Shown here: piece after piece, positions 37,594 through 46,728 of the stretch | Layout: each line of letters begins with the position of its first letter | Position numbering within the stretch: position 1 is the stretch's first letter | From: Acutalibacteraceae bacterium | GTDB taxonomy: Bacteria > Bacillota > Clostridia > Oscillospirales > Acutalibacteraceae | Assembly (NCBI GenBank): GCA_045634455.1 | Contig: JAZRAI010000005.1 | Span: forward strand, 1,292 to 65,291 | Length of the DNA stretch: 64,000 bases | Direction: 5' to 3' | Program-made: the position numbers and the translations under genes | Notes under the pieces: model-generated | What the model was told of the DNA's origin: nothing | Seen by the model: the letters and a program-made list of their open reading frames with translations, nothing else | Database searches by the model: none

Positions 37594-38870
37594 TTCGCTT
37601 CCTCCTTAGGCAACAATTTATAAACCGTGTGAAGCTTTACGCCTTTTGCGGCGGCAATTACGTCCTCTTTTGTAACAGATAAAAGCTTTTCTGCCAATTC
37701 ATCGGGAGAATAAAGCACATCGTTGTTAGCTTTTAAGGTATACCACATATCAAGCGAGGTAAGTGAATCTGAATAGGTTTTAAATGAATCTCTAATGCTT
37801 TTTAATGAGGATTCAAACTCAAAATCGGAGAACTCTCCTCTCTTTACAATTTCGAGCTGATTTAAAATTTCTTTCTGTGCCTTATCGGCATTTACTGCTT
37901 CAACACCCGAATCAACGGTTATTAGTCCCTTAATTCTTGAACTTGAAGCCGAACAGTAATAGCAAAGGCTCATTTTTTCACGAACATTGCTGAAAAGACG
38001 TGAATAAGGTCCTCCGCCGAAAATATCACACATAATCATAAGCGGTAATGTATTGTCATCATTACCGAAAAGCTCAGTTGAAAAGCCCATTACAAGCTTA
38101 CCCTGATTAACCGACATTTCCTCAACTATTGTCTGTACCTCGTTTGCAGGTTTTGTCCGCTTTGTCTGCTTTAAATCCAATATGCTTTCACGTTTAATGG
38201 AATTAAACTTTTCGGAAATCTCATCAAAAAGTCCCTGCGGTAAAGCAGATGATACCACCTGAACAGAAATATTTGCGGTTTTAAGCATACTTTCCCATGC
38301 TTTATAAAGAGTTTCGCCCGTAATTGCCGATACTTGCTCTATTGTTCCGCACTTAGGAAGTCCAAAAACATCATCTTTATACATAGCGGAAATAAGCTGT
38401 TTCTTGGCATATATGCGTTTTTCGTTAAATTCACCCTTTATATGCTCAATAGCTTTGCGTTTTTCACGTTCTACATCGTCAGGCAAAAATGCCATATCCT
38501 TAACGCTCGGCTCAAAAATAAGACTTAAAAGCAAGTCGCAGGCTCTTTTAACAAGCGACTCATCATCTAACGAGTATTTATCATTTATAAGGGATACTGT
38601 CATTTTAAGAAGCTGATAATCACCGTATTTTTCTGCCGAAGCATCAAGTCTTGCACCGTAAAGCTTTGCCAAAATATAATTAAGCCTTGAAAAATCGGGA
38701 TACTTTTCACTGCATGAAGTAAGAATAAACGGCAGTAATGCATTATCAGCCACGGTATCCTTATTTAAAGGTAAATAAAAATTAAAAGAAAGCAAAGTAG
38801 TCTTAAAGCGGTCGTTCTTTATGAAAATCCCTTTTACTCCCTCTGCTAAGTTTACAGCGTTAATCGGCAT
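37590..38870 (-). CDS. M16 family peptidase-like protein (no HxxEH seen, probable non-catalytic partner)
   Basis: Similar size and 4-nt overlap with the downstream M16 gene. Confidence 0.6.
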   Translation of the reverse strand: MPINAVNLAEGVKGIFIKNDRFKTTLLSFNFYLPLNKDTVADNALLPFILTSCSEKYPDFSRLNYILAKLYGARLDASAEKYGDYQLLKMTVSLINDKYSLDDESLVKRACDLLLSLIFEPSVKDMAFLPDDVEREKRKAIEHIKGEFNEKRIYAKKQLISAMYKDDVFGLPKCGTIEQVSAITGETLYKAWESMLKTANISVQVVSSALPQGLFDEISEKFNSIKRESILDLKQTKRTKPANEVQTIVEEMSVNQGKLVMGFSTELFGNDDNTLPLMIMCDIFGGGPYSRLFSNVREKMSLCYYCSASSSRIKGLITVDSGVEAVNADKAQKEILNQLEIVKRGEFSDFEFESSLKSIRDSFKTYSDSLTSLDMWYTLKANNDVLYSPDELAEKLLSVTKEDVIAAAKGVKLHTVYKLLPKEEAK

Positions 38871-39016
38871 TGTTTCATCTCCGTGTAAATTTATATTTAG
38901 TTTATTATACCATAATTAACAGTAAATTTACAACTATTATATAAATAAATTTGAAATTTATGCTAAAATGTGGTAAAATATAAAATGTGAAATTTTAAGA
39001 AAGGAATAAAGTTGCA

Positions 39017-40549
39017 ATGAAAGTTAAAAACAACCGAGGCATTAGAATTCCTACCCGCATAATACTGTCCGGATTATTACTATTGTTTCAATTATTACTC
39101 TTGTTCGGATTTGTAAACGGCTTTGCCGAGCAATATGCCTTTGCTTATGGAATTACTTTAATTCTCGGTGCTTTAACGGTTATAATCATACTTAATCGCA
39201 AAGGTAATCCTGACCACAAAATCCCTTGGATTATTTTTATACTTATATTCCCTGTTTTCGGAATAAGCGTATTTTTACTTTGGGGTGGCGGAAGAGTAGC
39301 TCCCCACATAAAGAAAAAAATGCGTCTTTGCGAAGCTCGTTACCTGCGCTACTTAAAGGACGATTCTGATGTGCGAGACCGTCTCGGTTATTACGACTTA
39401 ATGCACGCGCGTCAAGCCGACTACTTAACAAGAGAATCGGGCTATCCGCTTTATGATAAATCCTCAGCCGAGTATTGCTCCTCGGGAGAAGCCTTCCTGC
39501 CGAGAATGTTAGAAGAGCTTGACAAAGCACAAAAATATATTTTTATTGAATTTTTCATCTTAGCCGAAGGCAAAATGTGGGATGAAATCCATACAGTATT
39601 AAAGCGAAAAGCCGAATCAGGCGTAGAGGTAAAAATCATTTTTGATGATTTTGGTTCTATTAAACGCCAACGAAAAGGTTTTGTTTCAAGGCTTAAAGCA
39701 GAGGGAATCTCGGTTTGTATTTTTAACCCTATAAATCCGTTTATGAATATATTTATGAACAACCGCAACCACAGAAAAATAATTGTTATAGACGGTAAGG
39801 TTGCAATGACAGGCGGCATAAATATAGGAGACGAGTATATTAACCATGTTAAGCGATTTGGATATTGGGCAGACAGTGCGGTAATTATAAAAGGAAATGC
39901 TGTTAAAAGCTTTGTGGCTATGTTCTGCTGTATGTGGGATTTTATAACAGGAAGACATTTACCGATAAAATCCTATTTTGCCGATGCTCCAACTATGGAT
40001 GACGGATTTGTAATACCTTACAGCGACAGTCCTTTAAATGATAAAAACCCCGCCGAGGGTATATATATGCAAATTCTTAACACAGCGCAAAGATACGTAT
40101 ATATAGCAACTCCGTATTTAATCATTGATAACACCATGAAAAATATGCTTCAAATGGCGGCAAAATCGGGCATAGACGTAAGAATTATCACTCCGCATAT
40201 ACCCGATAAATTTTATGTTCATCCGGTAACGCAATACAACTATGCCGAACTTTTAGAAGCAGGAGTTAAAATTTATGAATTTACTCCCGGCTTTATCCAC
40301 TCAAAGCTCTTTATCTCGGACGATAAGGTAGCTACTGTCGGCTCGGTTAATATGGATTACCGCAGCTTTGTTTTCCACTTTGAATGCGGTGCTTGGATTT
40401 GCGACAGCTCAACTGTTACTGATATTAAGGAGCATTTTTTAAGTCTTATGGACCGTTCTAAGGAAATAAGACCTGAAAAATGGAAAAGACGACCTCTGTT
40501 TATGAAAATCAAACAGGCATTGTTCCATTTGTTTGCACCATTTATGTAA
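39017..40549 (+). CDS. cls: cardiolipin synthase
   Basis: Two HKD motifs, NHRKIIVIDG and IHSKLFISDDKVATVGSVN, plus N-terminal TM helices. Confidence 0.9.
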   Translation: MKVKNNRGIRIPTRIILSGLLLLFQLLLLFGFVNGFAEQYAFAYGITLILGALTVIIILNRKGNPDHKIPWIIFILIFPVFGISVFLLWGGGRVAPHIKKKMRLCEARYLRYLKDDSDVRDRLGYYDLMHARQADYLTRESGYPLYDKSSAEYCSSGEAFLPRMLEELDKAQKYIFIEFFILAEGKMWDEIHTVLKRKAESGVEVKIIFDDFGSIKRQRKGFVSRLKAEGISVCIFNPINPFMNIFMNNRNHRKIIVIDGKVAMTGGINIGDEYINHVKRFGYWADSAVIIKGNAVKSFVAMFCCMWDFITGRHLPIKSYFADAPTMDDGFVIPYSDSPLNDKNPAEGIYMQILNTAQRYVYIATPYLIIDNTMKNMLQMAAKSGIDVRIITPHIPDKFYVHPVTQYNYAELLEAGVKIYEFTPGFIHSKLFISDDKVATVGSVNMDYRSFVFHFECGAWICDSSTVTDIKEHFLSLMDRSKEIRPEKWKRRPLFMKIKQALFHLFAPFM

Positions 40550-40625
40550 TAATAGTTTGACAAGGCGAGCTTTTTCTTGTATAATATTATTAGAGATTAC
40601 GAAAAGCTTGGAAGGAGCGTTTAAT

Positions 40626-40784
40626 ATGAAGGGTTTTTTAAAAGTTTTTTTATCATTTTTAGCAGTTATCGGCGCAATTGTAGGCGCACTTGCAATTTTT
40701 GATAAGTTTTCAAATAAAAACCGTATCAAAGGCGATTATTTAGAGTGCAATTCCGATGAATTTGCTGAGGATGAAGAAGAATAA
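40626..40784 (+). CDS. small membrane protein (52 aa)
   Basis: GGAAGGAG RBS, TM helix FLAVIGAIVGALAIF, acidic tail. The upstream extension in the ORF track overlaps cls. Confidence 0.45.
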   Translation: MKGFLKVFLSFLAVIGAIVGALAIFDKFSNKNRIKGDYLECNSDEFAEDEEE

Positions 40785-40822
40785 AATTATTCCTAAATTC
40801 TATTATATTAAGTTTGTGTCGC

Positions 40823-40864
40823 AAAAAAGTCTCTAAACGCAAATAGCGTTTAGAGACTTTTTTT
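40823..40864. terminator. bidirectional terminator
   Basis: aaaaaagtctctaaacgc / gcgtttagagactttttt. Confidence 0.75.
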
Positions 40865-41456
40865 ATATAAGTTCACTTAAATATCCTGCCAATATTCCGC
40901 CGACAGCCGACAAAAGAATTATTAAAATGGGATGTTTCTTTTTTAATGCCAACCACAGCATTGCTCCAAAAATAATAACCGATGTTATAAATTGAGGAAT
41001 TGCTATTGCGCCAATATTAAATCCGTTTGGGAAAAATACGGTTAAAGCGGTAGATACCAAAGCCGCACCTATAAGACCGATTACCGCAGGCTTTAAACCT
41101 GTCATACAACCTGCTACAATTTTACTTGTTTTAAATTTATCGTAAACCCTGGCTACAATTAAAATTATTGTAAAAGAAGGAAGCACTACGCCAAGCGTTG
41201 CACAAAAAGAACCTAATAATCCGCCTAAAACGCCATATTCCCCTCTCACAACCTCCATGCCTACATAGGTAGAACAATTTATGGCAAAAGGACCCGGAGT
41301 GCTCTCAGAAACGGCTATAAAGTTTATAAGCTCGGTTTCTTGAAGCCAACCTTTATTTATAACCGCCTCTTGAATAAGCGGAAGCATTGCATAACCGCCG
41401 CCAAAAGTAAATGCGCCGATTTTCAGAAAGGTAAGAAACAAATCAAGAAAAATCAT
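40863..41456 (-). CDS. chrA: chromate transporter family protein (second half-size subunit)
   Basis: KIGAFTFGGGYAMLPLIQ and ESTPGPFAIN. Confidence 0.8.
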   Translation of the reverse strand: MIFLDLFLTFLKIGAFTFGGGYAMLPLIQEAVINKGWLQETELINFIAVSESTPGPFAINCSTYVGMEVVRGEYGVLGGLLGSFCATLGVVLPSFTIILIVARVYDKFKTSKIVAGCMTGLKPAVIGLIGAALVSTALTVFFPNGFNIGAIAIPQFITSVIIFGAMLWLALKKKHPILIILLSAVGGILAGYLSELI

Positions 41457-42019
41457 TTGTTTTTCTCCTTTCTTGCAACCACCAATGAGGAGATAAGTCC
41501 TATTACCGCGCAGGCAATTATTACGTATAGTAAATTAATATTTGTAAATACCGTGACCGCAAAAGCAAAAAATATTACAATATAACTTATAAGACCTTTT
41601 TTGCACTGCTTATACATATTCACAAGCGCCTTTGCAATAAGCGCCAAAACACCTGCTCTTATACCCATAAAGGCATATTTTACAGTTTTAAGTGCCTCAA
41701 ATTGTCTTAGCACAAACGAGATTAAAATTATTATTATAAAGGACGGAAGCACAACACCGAGTGTTGCAAAAAAAGAACCGAAAAAACCTGCAACTCGGTA
41801 GCCTATAAAGGTTGCCGAATTAATCGCAATAGGTCCGGGCGTGCTTTCGGCAATGGCAATAATATCCAATATATCCTGGTCGGTAATCCATTTTTTATTG
41901 TCTACCACCTCTTTTTGAATAAGTGGTATCATTGCATATCCTCCGCCAAAGGTAAATGCACCGATTTTAAGAAATGTTAAAAAAAGCGTCAGAATACGCG
42001 AGAGCTTGCTGTCTTTCAA
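41453..42019 (-). CDS. chrA: chromate transporter family protein (first half-size subunit)
   Basis: KIGAFTFGGGYAMIPLIQ and ESTPGPIAIN. 4-nt overlap with its partner. Confidence 0.8.
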   Translation of the reverse strand: MKDSKLSRILTLFLTFLKIGAFTFGGGYAMIPLIQKEVVDNKKWITDQDILDIIAIAESTPGPIAINSATFIGYRVAGFFGSFFATLGVVLPSFIIIILISFVLRQFEALKTVKYAFMGIRAGVLALIAKALVNMYKQCKKGLISYIVIFFAFAVTVFTNINLLYVIIACAVIGLISSLVVARKEKNK

Positions 42020-42194
42020 TTCTTAAATCTCCTTTTTTATATTCACATTAAGATTATATTATCCAAAAAAGGATATGTCAACTCAAAATAAGAAAGATTT
42101 GTTTTGCTAATTAAATTTATGTTGTAAAAATCAAGATAAAGTGGTAAAATATAAATAATTCTTTTGATAAAAATAAATTGCAAAGGACCTTTTT

Positions 42195-42371
42195 ATGAAA
42201 AGTAACTGCGAAAACTGTGCCAACTATGTTTACGATGATTATGACGATTGTTACACCTGTGAAGCACAGCTTGACGAGGATGAAATGGGCAGATTTTTAA
42301 CCCATCAAACAAAGGATTGCCCCTATTTTTCATTTTACGATGAATATTCTATTGTTAAAAAACAAAATTAG
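42195..42371 (+). CDS. small zinc-ribbon-like protein, 58 aa (below the ORF-track cutoff)
   Basis: Own translation: MKSNCENCANYVYDDYDDCYTCEAQLDEDEMGRFLTHQTKDCPYFSFYDEYSIVKKQN. CxxC..CxxC pattern. Ends 9 nt before plsC. Confidence 0.5.
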   Translation: MKSNCENCANYVYDDYDDCYTCEAQLDEDEMGRFLTHQTKDCPYFSFYDEYSIVKKQN

Positions 42372-42380
42372 AGGTGCGAA

Positions 42381-43235
42381 ATGACGTATATTTACACTGT
42401 TTATCTTATTATAAGTATCGTAATCACTCTGCTTTTAAACAATTCTTTCAGCATTTTTACGGCAGCTCATTCTTGGTGGTCTGCACCGCTTTTGGCTATC
42501 GGAATTTTTTTAGGATTAGTAATTATTCAACTTCTTGTTTTGGTTTTGCTTGTTTTTACAACCAACACCGCAAAGCCGGTATCCTTTAAAAAGACACGTT
42601 TTTTCAGGGCAGTACTCAACGCTTCGCTTTTGCCTATTTTAAAATTAATGGGCATCAGAATTACCTTTGAGGGTGGCGAACTTTTGCCAAAAGATAAACG
42701 TTTTCTTTTACTGTGCAACCATCAGCAAGACTTTGACCCTGCAATTATAATCAGTCAATTACCCGATAGCGAGCTTGCTTTTATCGGCAAAAAAGAAATT
42801 TACACCGAAATGAAATTTGTCTCTCAGGCTATGCATTTAATTCGCTCGCTTCCGATAGACCGCGAAAATGACCGCGAGGCGGCTAAAACCATTATTAAAG
42901 CGGTAAATACTATTAAAAATAATGAAGCTTCTATTGCTATTTTCCCCGAAGGTTACACAAACAAAACGCCTGAAAAAGGGCTTTTACCTTTTAGAAACGG
43001 TTGTCTGAAAATAGCTACAAAGTCCGGTGCGCCCATCGTGGTTTGTGTTGTAAACAATACAAGGCAGATACCGAAAAACATATTCAGACGCAGAACATAT
43101 ATTGACCTGAAACTCATCCGCGTAATTTCCCCTGATGAATACAGCGATTTAAATACGCAGGAGTTAGGCGACCTTATACATAAAGAAATGGAAAACGCAT
43201 TAAACGATATATTGCAAAAGAAAAAAGTTAGGTAA
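42381..43235 (+). CDS. plsC: 1-acyl-sn-glycerol-3-phosphate acyltransferase
   Basis: NHQQDFD (HxxxxD) and FPEGYT motifs, N-terminal TM helices. Confidence 0.85.
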   Translation: MTYIYTVYLIISIVITLLLNNSFSIFTAAHSWWSAPLLAIGIFLGLVIIQLLVLVLLVFTTNTAKPVSFKKTRFFRAVLNASLLPILKLMGIRITFEGGELLPKDKRFLLLCNHQQDFDPAIIISQLPDSELAFIGKKEIYTEMKFVSQAMHLIRSLPIDRENDREAAKTIIKAVNTIKNNEASIAIFPEGYTNKTPEKGLLPFRNGCLKIATKSGAPIVVCVVNNTRQIPKNIFRRRTYIDLKLIRVISPDEYSDLNTQELGDLIHKEMENALNDILQKKKVR

Positions 43236-43251
43236 AACCTAACTTTTTTTA
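43226..43251 (+). terminator. terminator overlapping the plsC stop
   Basis: agttaggt aaa acctaact followed by TTTTTTT. Confidence 0.7.
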
Positions 43252-43509
43252 TTTCATATTAAGCTTTAATTCTTCTAATTTCTCTATACATTTTTTACAT
43301 ACTGTGCGACCTTCGTAGGAAACACTCTGTGTAAGGGAATTGCAAAACGTACATGCAGGAGTATATTTTTTAAGCACTATCCTATCATCTTCAACATAGA
43401 TTTCAAGCTTATCCTTTTCATTTTCAATATCCAACTGAGCACGAATTTCTTTTGGAATAACTATTCTGCCCATACGGTCCACCGTTCTTAAAATACCTGT
43501 ACTTTTCAT
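43249..43509 (-). CDS. AbrB/SpoVT-family regulator with C-terminal CxxC..CxxC extension
   Basis: MKSTGILRTVDRMGRIVIPKEIR swapped-hairpin motif. C-terminal CTFCNS..CKKC. Start at 43509, after GGAGG. Confidence 0.8.
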   Translation of the reverse strand: MKSTGILRTVDRMGRIVIPKEIRAQLDIENEKDKLEIYVEDDRIVLKKYTPACTFCNSLTQSVSYEGRTVCKKCIEKLEELKLNMK

Positions 43510-43578
43510 ATCAGTACCTCCAAATGCATTAAAAACCTTTAATATAAGTATAGCACAAATACGAAAAAATGTCAATAT

Positions 43579-44238
43579 TTACCATTTTATGGTAGAAAAT
43601 CCTTTATTATATAGTATTTCATTGGTTTTTGAAAAATGCTTGCAACCGAAAAAACCTCTCGAAGCAGAAAGCGGACTTGGATGCACCGAAATAAGCTTTT
43701 TATGAATAGGATTAGTTATAATCTCCGCTTTTTTCTGTGCGTAAGCTCCCCAAAGCAAGAACACAACAGGAGTTTCTTTCTTATTAAGCTCAGCGATTAC
43801 TCGGTCGGTGAAAATTTCCCAACCCTTATCCTTATGGCTTGTGGGCTCACCCTCTCTTACTGTAAGCACTGCATTAAGCAGAAGTATTCCCTGACGCGCC
43901 CAATCGGTAAGACAACCGCTTGTCGGTATTTCTTTTCCGACATCGGTTTTTAGCTCCTTAAATATATTCCTAAGCGAGGGAGGAAACCGCACACCGTCTT
44001 TTACCGAAAAACAAAGTCCGTGTGCCTGACCTTCTCCGTGATATGGGTCCTGACCGATGATTACAACACGCGTATCCTCAAAGGAAGTAAATTTTAGTGC
44101 ATTAAATATGTCGTTCATATCGGGATATACCGTATTATTTGCATATTCTTTCTTTAAAAATGCCATCAATTCTTTATAATACGGTTTTTGCCATTCGTCA
44201 GCCAATATAGTATCCCAATCGTTACCTATATTTACCAT
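43579..44238 (-). CDS. ung: uracil-DNA glycosylase
   Basis: [11 protein letters not shown] and HPSPLSA motifs. Confidence 0.9.
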   Translation of the reverse strand: MVNIGNDWDTILADEWQKPYYKELMAFLKKEYANNTVYPDMNDIFNALKFTSFEDTRVVIIGQDPYHGEGQAHGLCFSVKDGVRFPPSLRNIFKELKTDVGKEIPTSGCLTDWARQGILLLNAVLTVREGEPTSHKDKGWEIFTDRVIAELNKKETPVVFLLWGAYAQKKAEIITNPIHKKLISVHPSPLSASRGFFGCKHFSKTNEILYNKGFSTIKW

Positions 44239-44240
44239 TT

Positions 44241-45536
44241 TTATACATCCAGTCTTACAAGATCTTCAAGTGTTTCGCGCTTTACCGCAATATAATCCTT
44301 GCCGTCTTTAAGCATTACTACCGCCGGACGGGCAATACGGTTATAATTTGATGCCATTGAATAGTTATACGCACCTGTTGTGAGCACTGCAATAATCTCA
44401 CCGCGTTCAGGCTTCGCTATTAAAACATCTTCTTGTATAATATCTCCCGATTCACAACATCTGCCCGCAATAGTTGCCTTAAAATCACAACTGTCGTTTG
44501 CTTTGGAAGCATTGATAACAGTATATTCAGACTCATACAAAGTATAGCGAGGATTATCTGCCATACCACCGTCTATTGAAACATAGTTTTTATAGCCCTT
44601 GATTTCCTTTACTGCGCCTACCGAATAAAGCGTAAGTCCTGCGTCGGCAACAAGGCTTCTGCCCGGCTCCATATGTATTACAGGTATCGGAATACCTTGC
44701 TTTTTGCAAATCTTTTCTAAAGAAACAGCCACCTCGGCAATTTTTTCTTCATAATCGATTACGGGGTCTGTATCAACATATCTTACACCGAACCCGCCTC
44801 CGAGATTAAGCATTTCGGCAGTAAATCCTAATTCTGCTTTAATTTCAGCTATAAACTGCATCATAATCTCAGTAGCAGTTATAAACGGCTTGCTTTCAAA
44901 TATCTGAGAACCTATATGGCAATGAAAACCGATAAGCTCTAAATTACTAAGGCTTAGTATTTTTTCTGTTAAATCCTTGGCGTCTCCCGTTTTAATTGCA
45001 ACACCAAACTTTGATTCTACCGAGCCGGTAGAAATTTTTTTATGTGTGTGCGGGTCAATATTAGGACTTACTCTGAGTAATACCTTTTGCTTTATTCCCT
45101 TTTCTGCGGAAATTCTATTTAAAGAAACTGCCTCTTCGGCATTGTCTATTACAAAATATCCTACACCTTTATCTATCGCAAAAGTGATATCCTCGTCGGT
45201 TTTGTTATTGCCGTGAAAGAAAACACGCTCCATTGGAAATCCTGCGGAATAAGCGGTATATATTTCGCCTATTGATACCACATCGGCATCAATTTCTTCC
45301 TCTTTAAGAATTCTGTAAATCTGCTTTACAGAAAACGCTTTACTTGCAAATTCAGGGCAAGAACCATGCGGAAAATATTTTTCCATAGCGGTTTTATATG
45401 TACGGATATGCTCCCTTATTTTGTTTTCGTCCATAAGATATAAGGGGGTACCGTATTTCTCCGCCAATTCAACAGTATCAAAGCCCGCAAATGTAAGATG
45501 GCCTTTTTCGTTTACCGAAAGATTATCGCAAATCAT
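44241..45536 (-). CDS. lysA: diaminopimelate decarboxylase
   Basis: PLP-fold pattern FASKAFS, HCHIGSQ, EPGRSLV, CESGD. Confidence 0.9.
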   Translation of the reverse strand: MICDNLSVNEKGHLTFAGFDTVELAEKYGTPLYLMDENKIREHIRTYKTAMEKYFPHGSCPEFASKAFSVKQIYRILKEEEIDADVVSIGEIYTAYSAGFPMERVFFHGNNKTDEDITFAIDKGVGYFVIDNAEEAVSLNRISAEKGIKQKVLLRVSPNIDPHTHKKISTGSVESKFGVAIKTGDAKDLTEKILSLSNLELIGFHCHIGSQIFESKPFITATEIMMQFIAEIKAELGFTAEMLNLGGGFGVRYVDTDPVIDYEEKIAEVAVSLEKICKKQGIPIPVIHMEPGRSLVADAGLTLYSVGAVKEIKGYKNYVSIDGGMADNPRYTLYESEYTVINASKANDSCDFKATIAGRCCESGDIIQEDVLIAKPERGEIIAVLTTGAYNYSMASNYNRIARPAVVMLKDGKDYIAVKRETLEDLVRLDV

Positions 45537-46429
45537 TAAATATTTATACCTGCCTTACGCATTTCTGCAAATAAAATTTCTCTGTGATTATCCTCCATAG
45601 GAGTTAAAGGAAGTCTTAAATAATCCTCGCAGAAGCCCATTTCTGCCATCGCCGCCTTAACGGGGATAGGGTTTACCTCTGAAAAGAGTGCATTTATAAG
45701 GGGTAAATATTGGAGCTGCATCTTACAAGCAGTCTTTACATCACCATCAAAGAATTTCTTGCACATAAGAGATGATTCTTTAGGCAAAACATTTGAAAGA
45801 ACTGAAATACATCCCTTTCCGCCAAGTGACATAATTGGTACAACCTGGTCATCGTTGCCTGAATAAATATTAATATTGTCACCGCAAAGTGCCGCAATTT
45901 CAGCAATTTTTGAAATGTTACCACAAGCCGCTTTAATACCGTTAATATTAGGATGCTTTGAAAGCTCCATTACGGTTTTAGGTTCAAGACTAACACCTGT
46001 ACGTGACGGAACATCATAAAGTATTACCGGAGCTGTTGCAATATCAGCAATTTGAGTGAAAAGCTTAATAAGACCGTTTTGTGTAGCCTTATTGTAATAA
46101 GGAGTTACTACCAATACTGCATCTACACCTGCATCACAAGCATATTTTGTAAGCTCTAAGGCATAAGCCGCGTCATTTGAGCCTGTGCCCGCAATAATAG
46201 GAACACGCTTATTTGCTCGCTTTACAGCATAGGTTATAGCCTCTTTATGCTCTTCATCGGTAAGGGTTGAGCCTTCACCGGTAGTACCGCAAACAACAAT
46301 ACCGTCAATTCCCTCTTCTATCTGCCAATCTATAAGCTTTCCAAAAGCCTCAAAATCGATACCTTTTTCGGTAATTGGGGTTATAAGGGCGGTAGCCATT
46401 CCTTCAAAAACTGGTTTTTTCATAATCAT
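45536..46429 (-). CDS. dapA: 4-hydroxy-tetrahydrodipicolinate synthase
   Basis: GTTGEGSTL, TPYYNK, and the active-site Lys in INGIKAACGN. Confidence 0.9.
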   Translation of the reverse strand: MIMKKPVFEGMATALITPITEKGIDFEAFGKLIDWQIEEGIDGIVVCGTTGEGSTLTDEEHKEAITYAVKRANKRVPIIAGTGSNDAAYALELTKYACDAGVDAVLVVTPYYNKATQNGLIKLFTQIADIATAPVILYDVPSRTGVSLEPKTVMELSKHPNINGIKAACGNISKIAEIAALCGDNINIYSGNDDQVVPIMSLGGKGCISVLSNVLPKESSLMCKKFFDGDVKTACKMQLQYLPLINALFSEVNPIPVKAAMAEMGFCEDYLRLPLTPMEDNHREILFAEMRKAGINI

Positions 46430-46451
46430 TACATCCTTTTAAAAATTTCAA

Positions 46452-46692
46452 TAAAAAATAGCCGATTGCTCGGCTATCAAAAAAATGGAAACGGTAACCA
46501 CAATTACCGCCTAAAATCCCTTTTTCGATAGCACTCCGCAAATGCGACAGTAAAGCAGATATTATTCTGAATTACCAAGTCGGATACACGCCTGTATCCG
46601 CTTTCGGCGACTGCTCCTTTCACTTTAGCATCTTTCTGCCGAAATTAACAGCTAAAAGCTACTGATAGCACATCGCACCTCTATCTTACTTA
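46452..46692 (-). promoter_or_regulatory. lysine riboswitch (L-box) with terminator, leader of dapA-lysA
   Basis: The minus strand reads AGATAGAGGTGCGATG..GAAAGGAGCAGTCGCCGAAAG..ACTGTCGC, matching conserved L-box elements. It ends in TAGCCGAGCAATCGGCTA plus TTTTTT (46453-46476). Confidence 0.8.
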
Positions 46693-46696
46693 GGAT

Positions 46697-46725
46697 AATA
46701 TAACATTAAATATCCGATTTGTCAA
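46697..46725 (-). promoter_or_regulatory. promoter TTGACA-N17-TATATT for the L-box leader
   Basis: Minus-strand -35 at 46720-46725 and -10 at 46697-46702. Confidence 0.6.
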
Positions 46726-46728
46726 GTA

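Noticed and set aside
39243-39958. Three minus-strand ORFs (90-122 aa) inside cls
   Set aside because: They are antisense to a cardiolipin synthase gene that has both HKD motifs. They are shadow ORFs.
42161-42170. Isolated cttttgataa resembling a hix half-site
   Set aside because: There is no matching inverted arm or 2-bp core context. It is probably a chance occurrence in AT-rich intergenic DNA.
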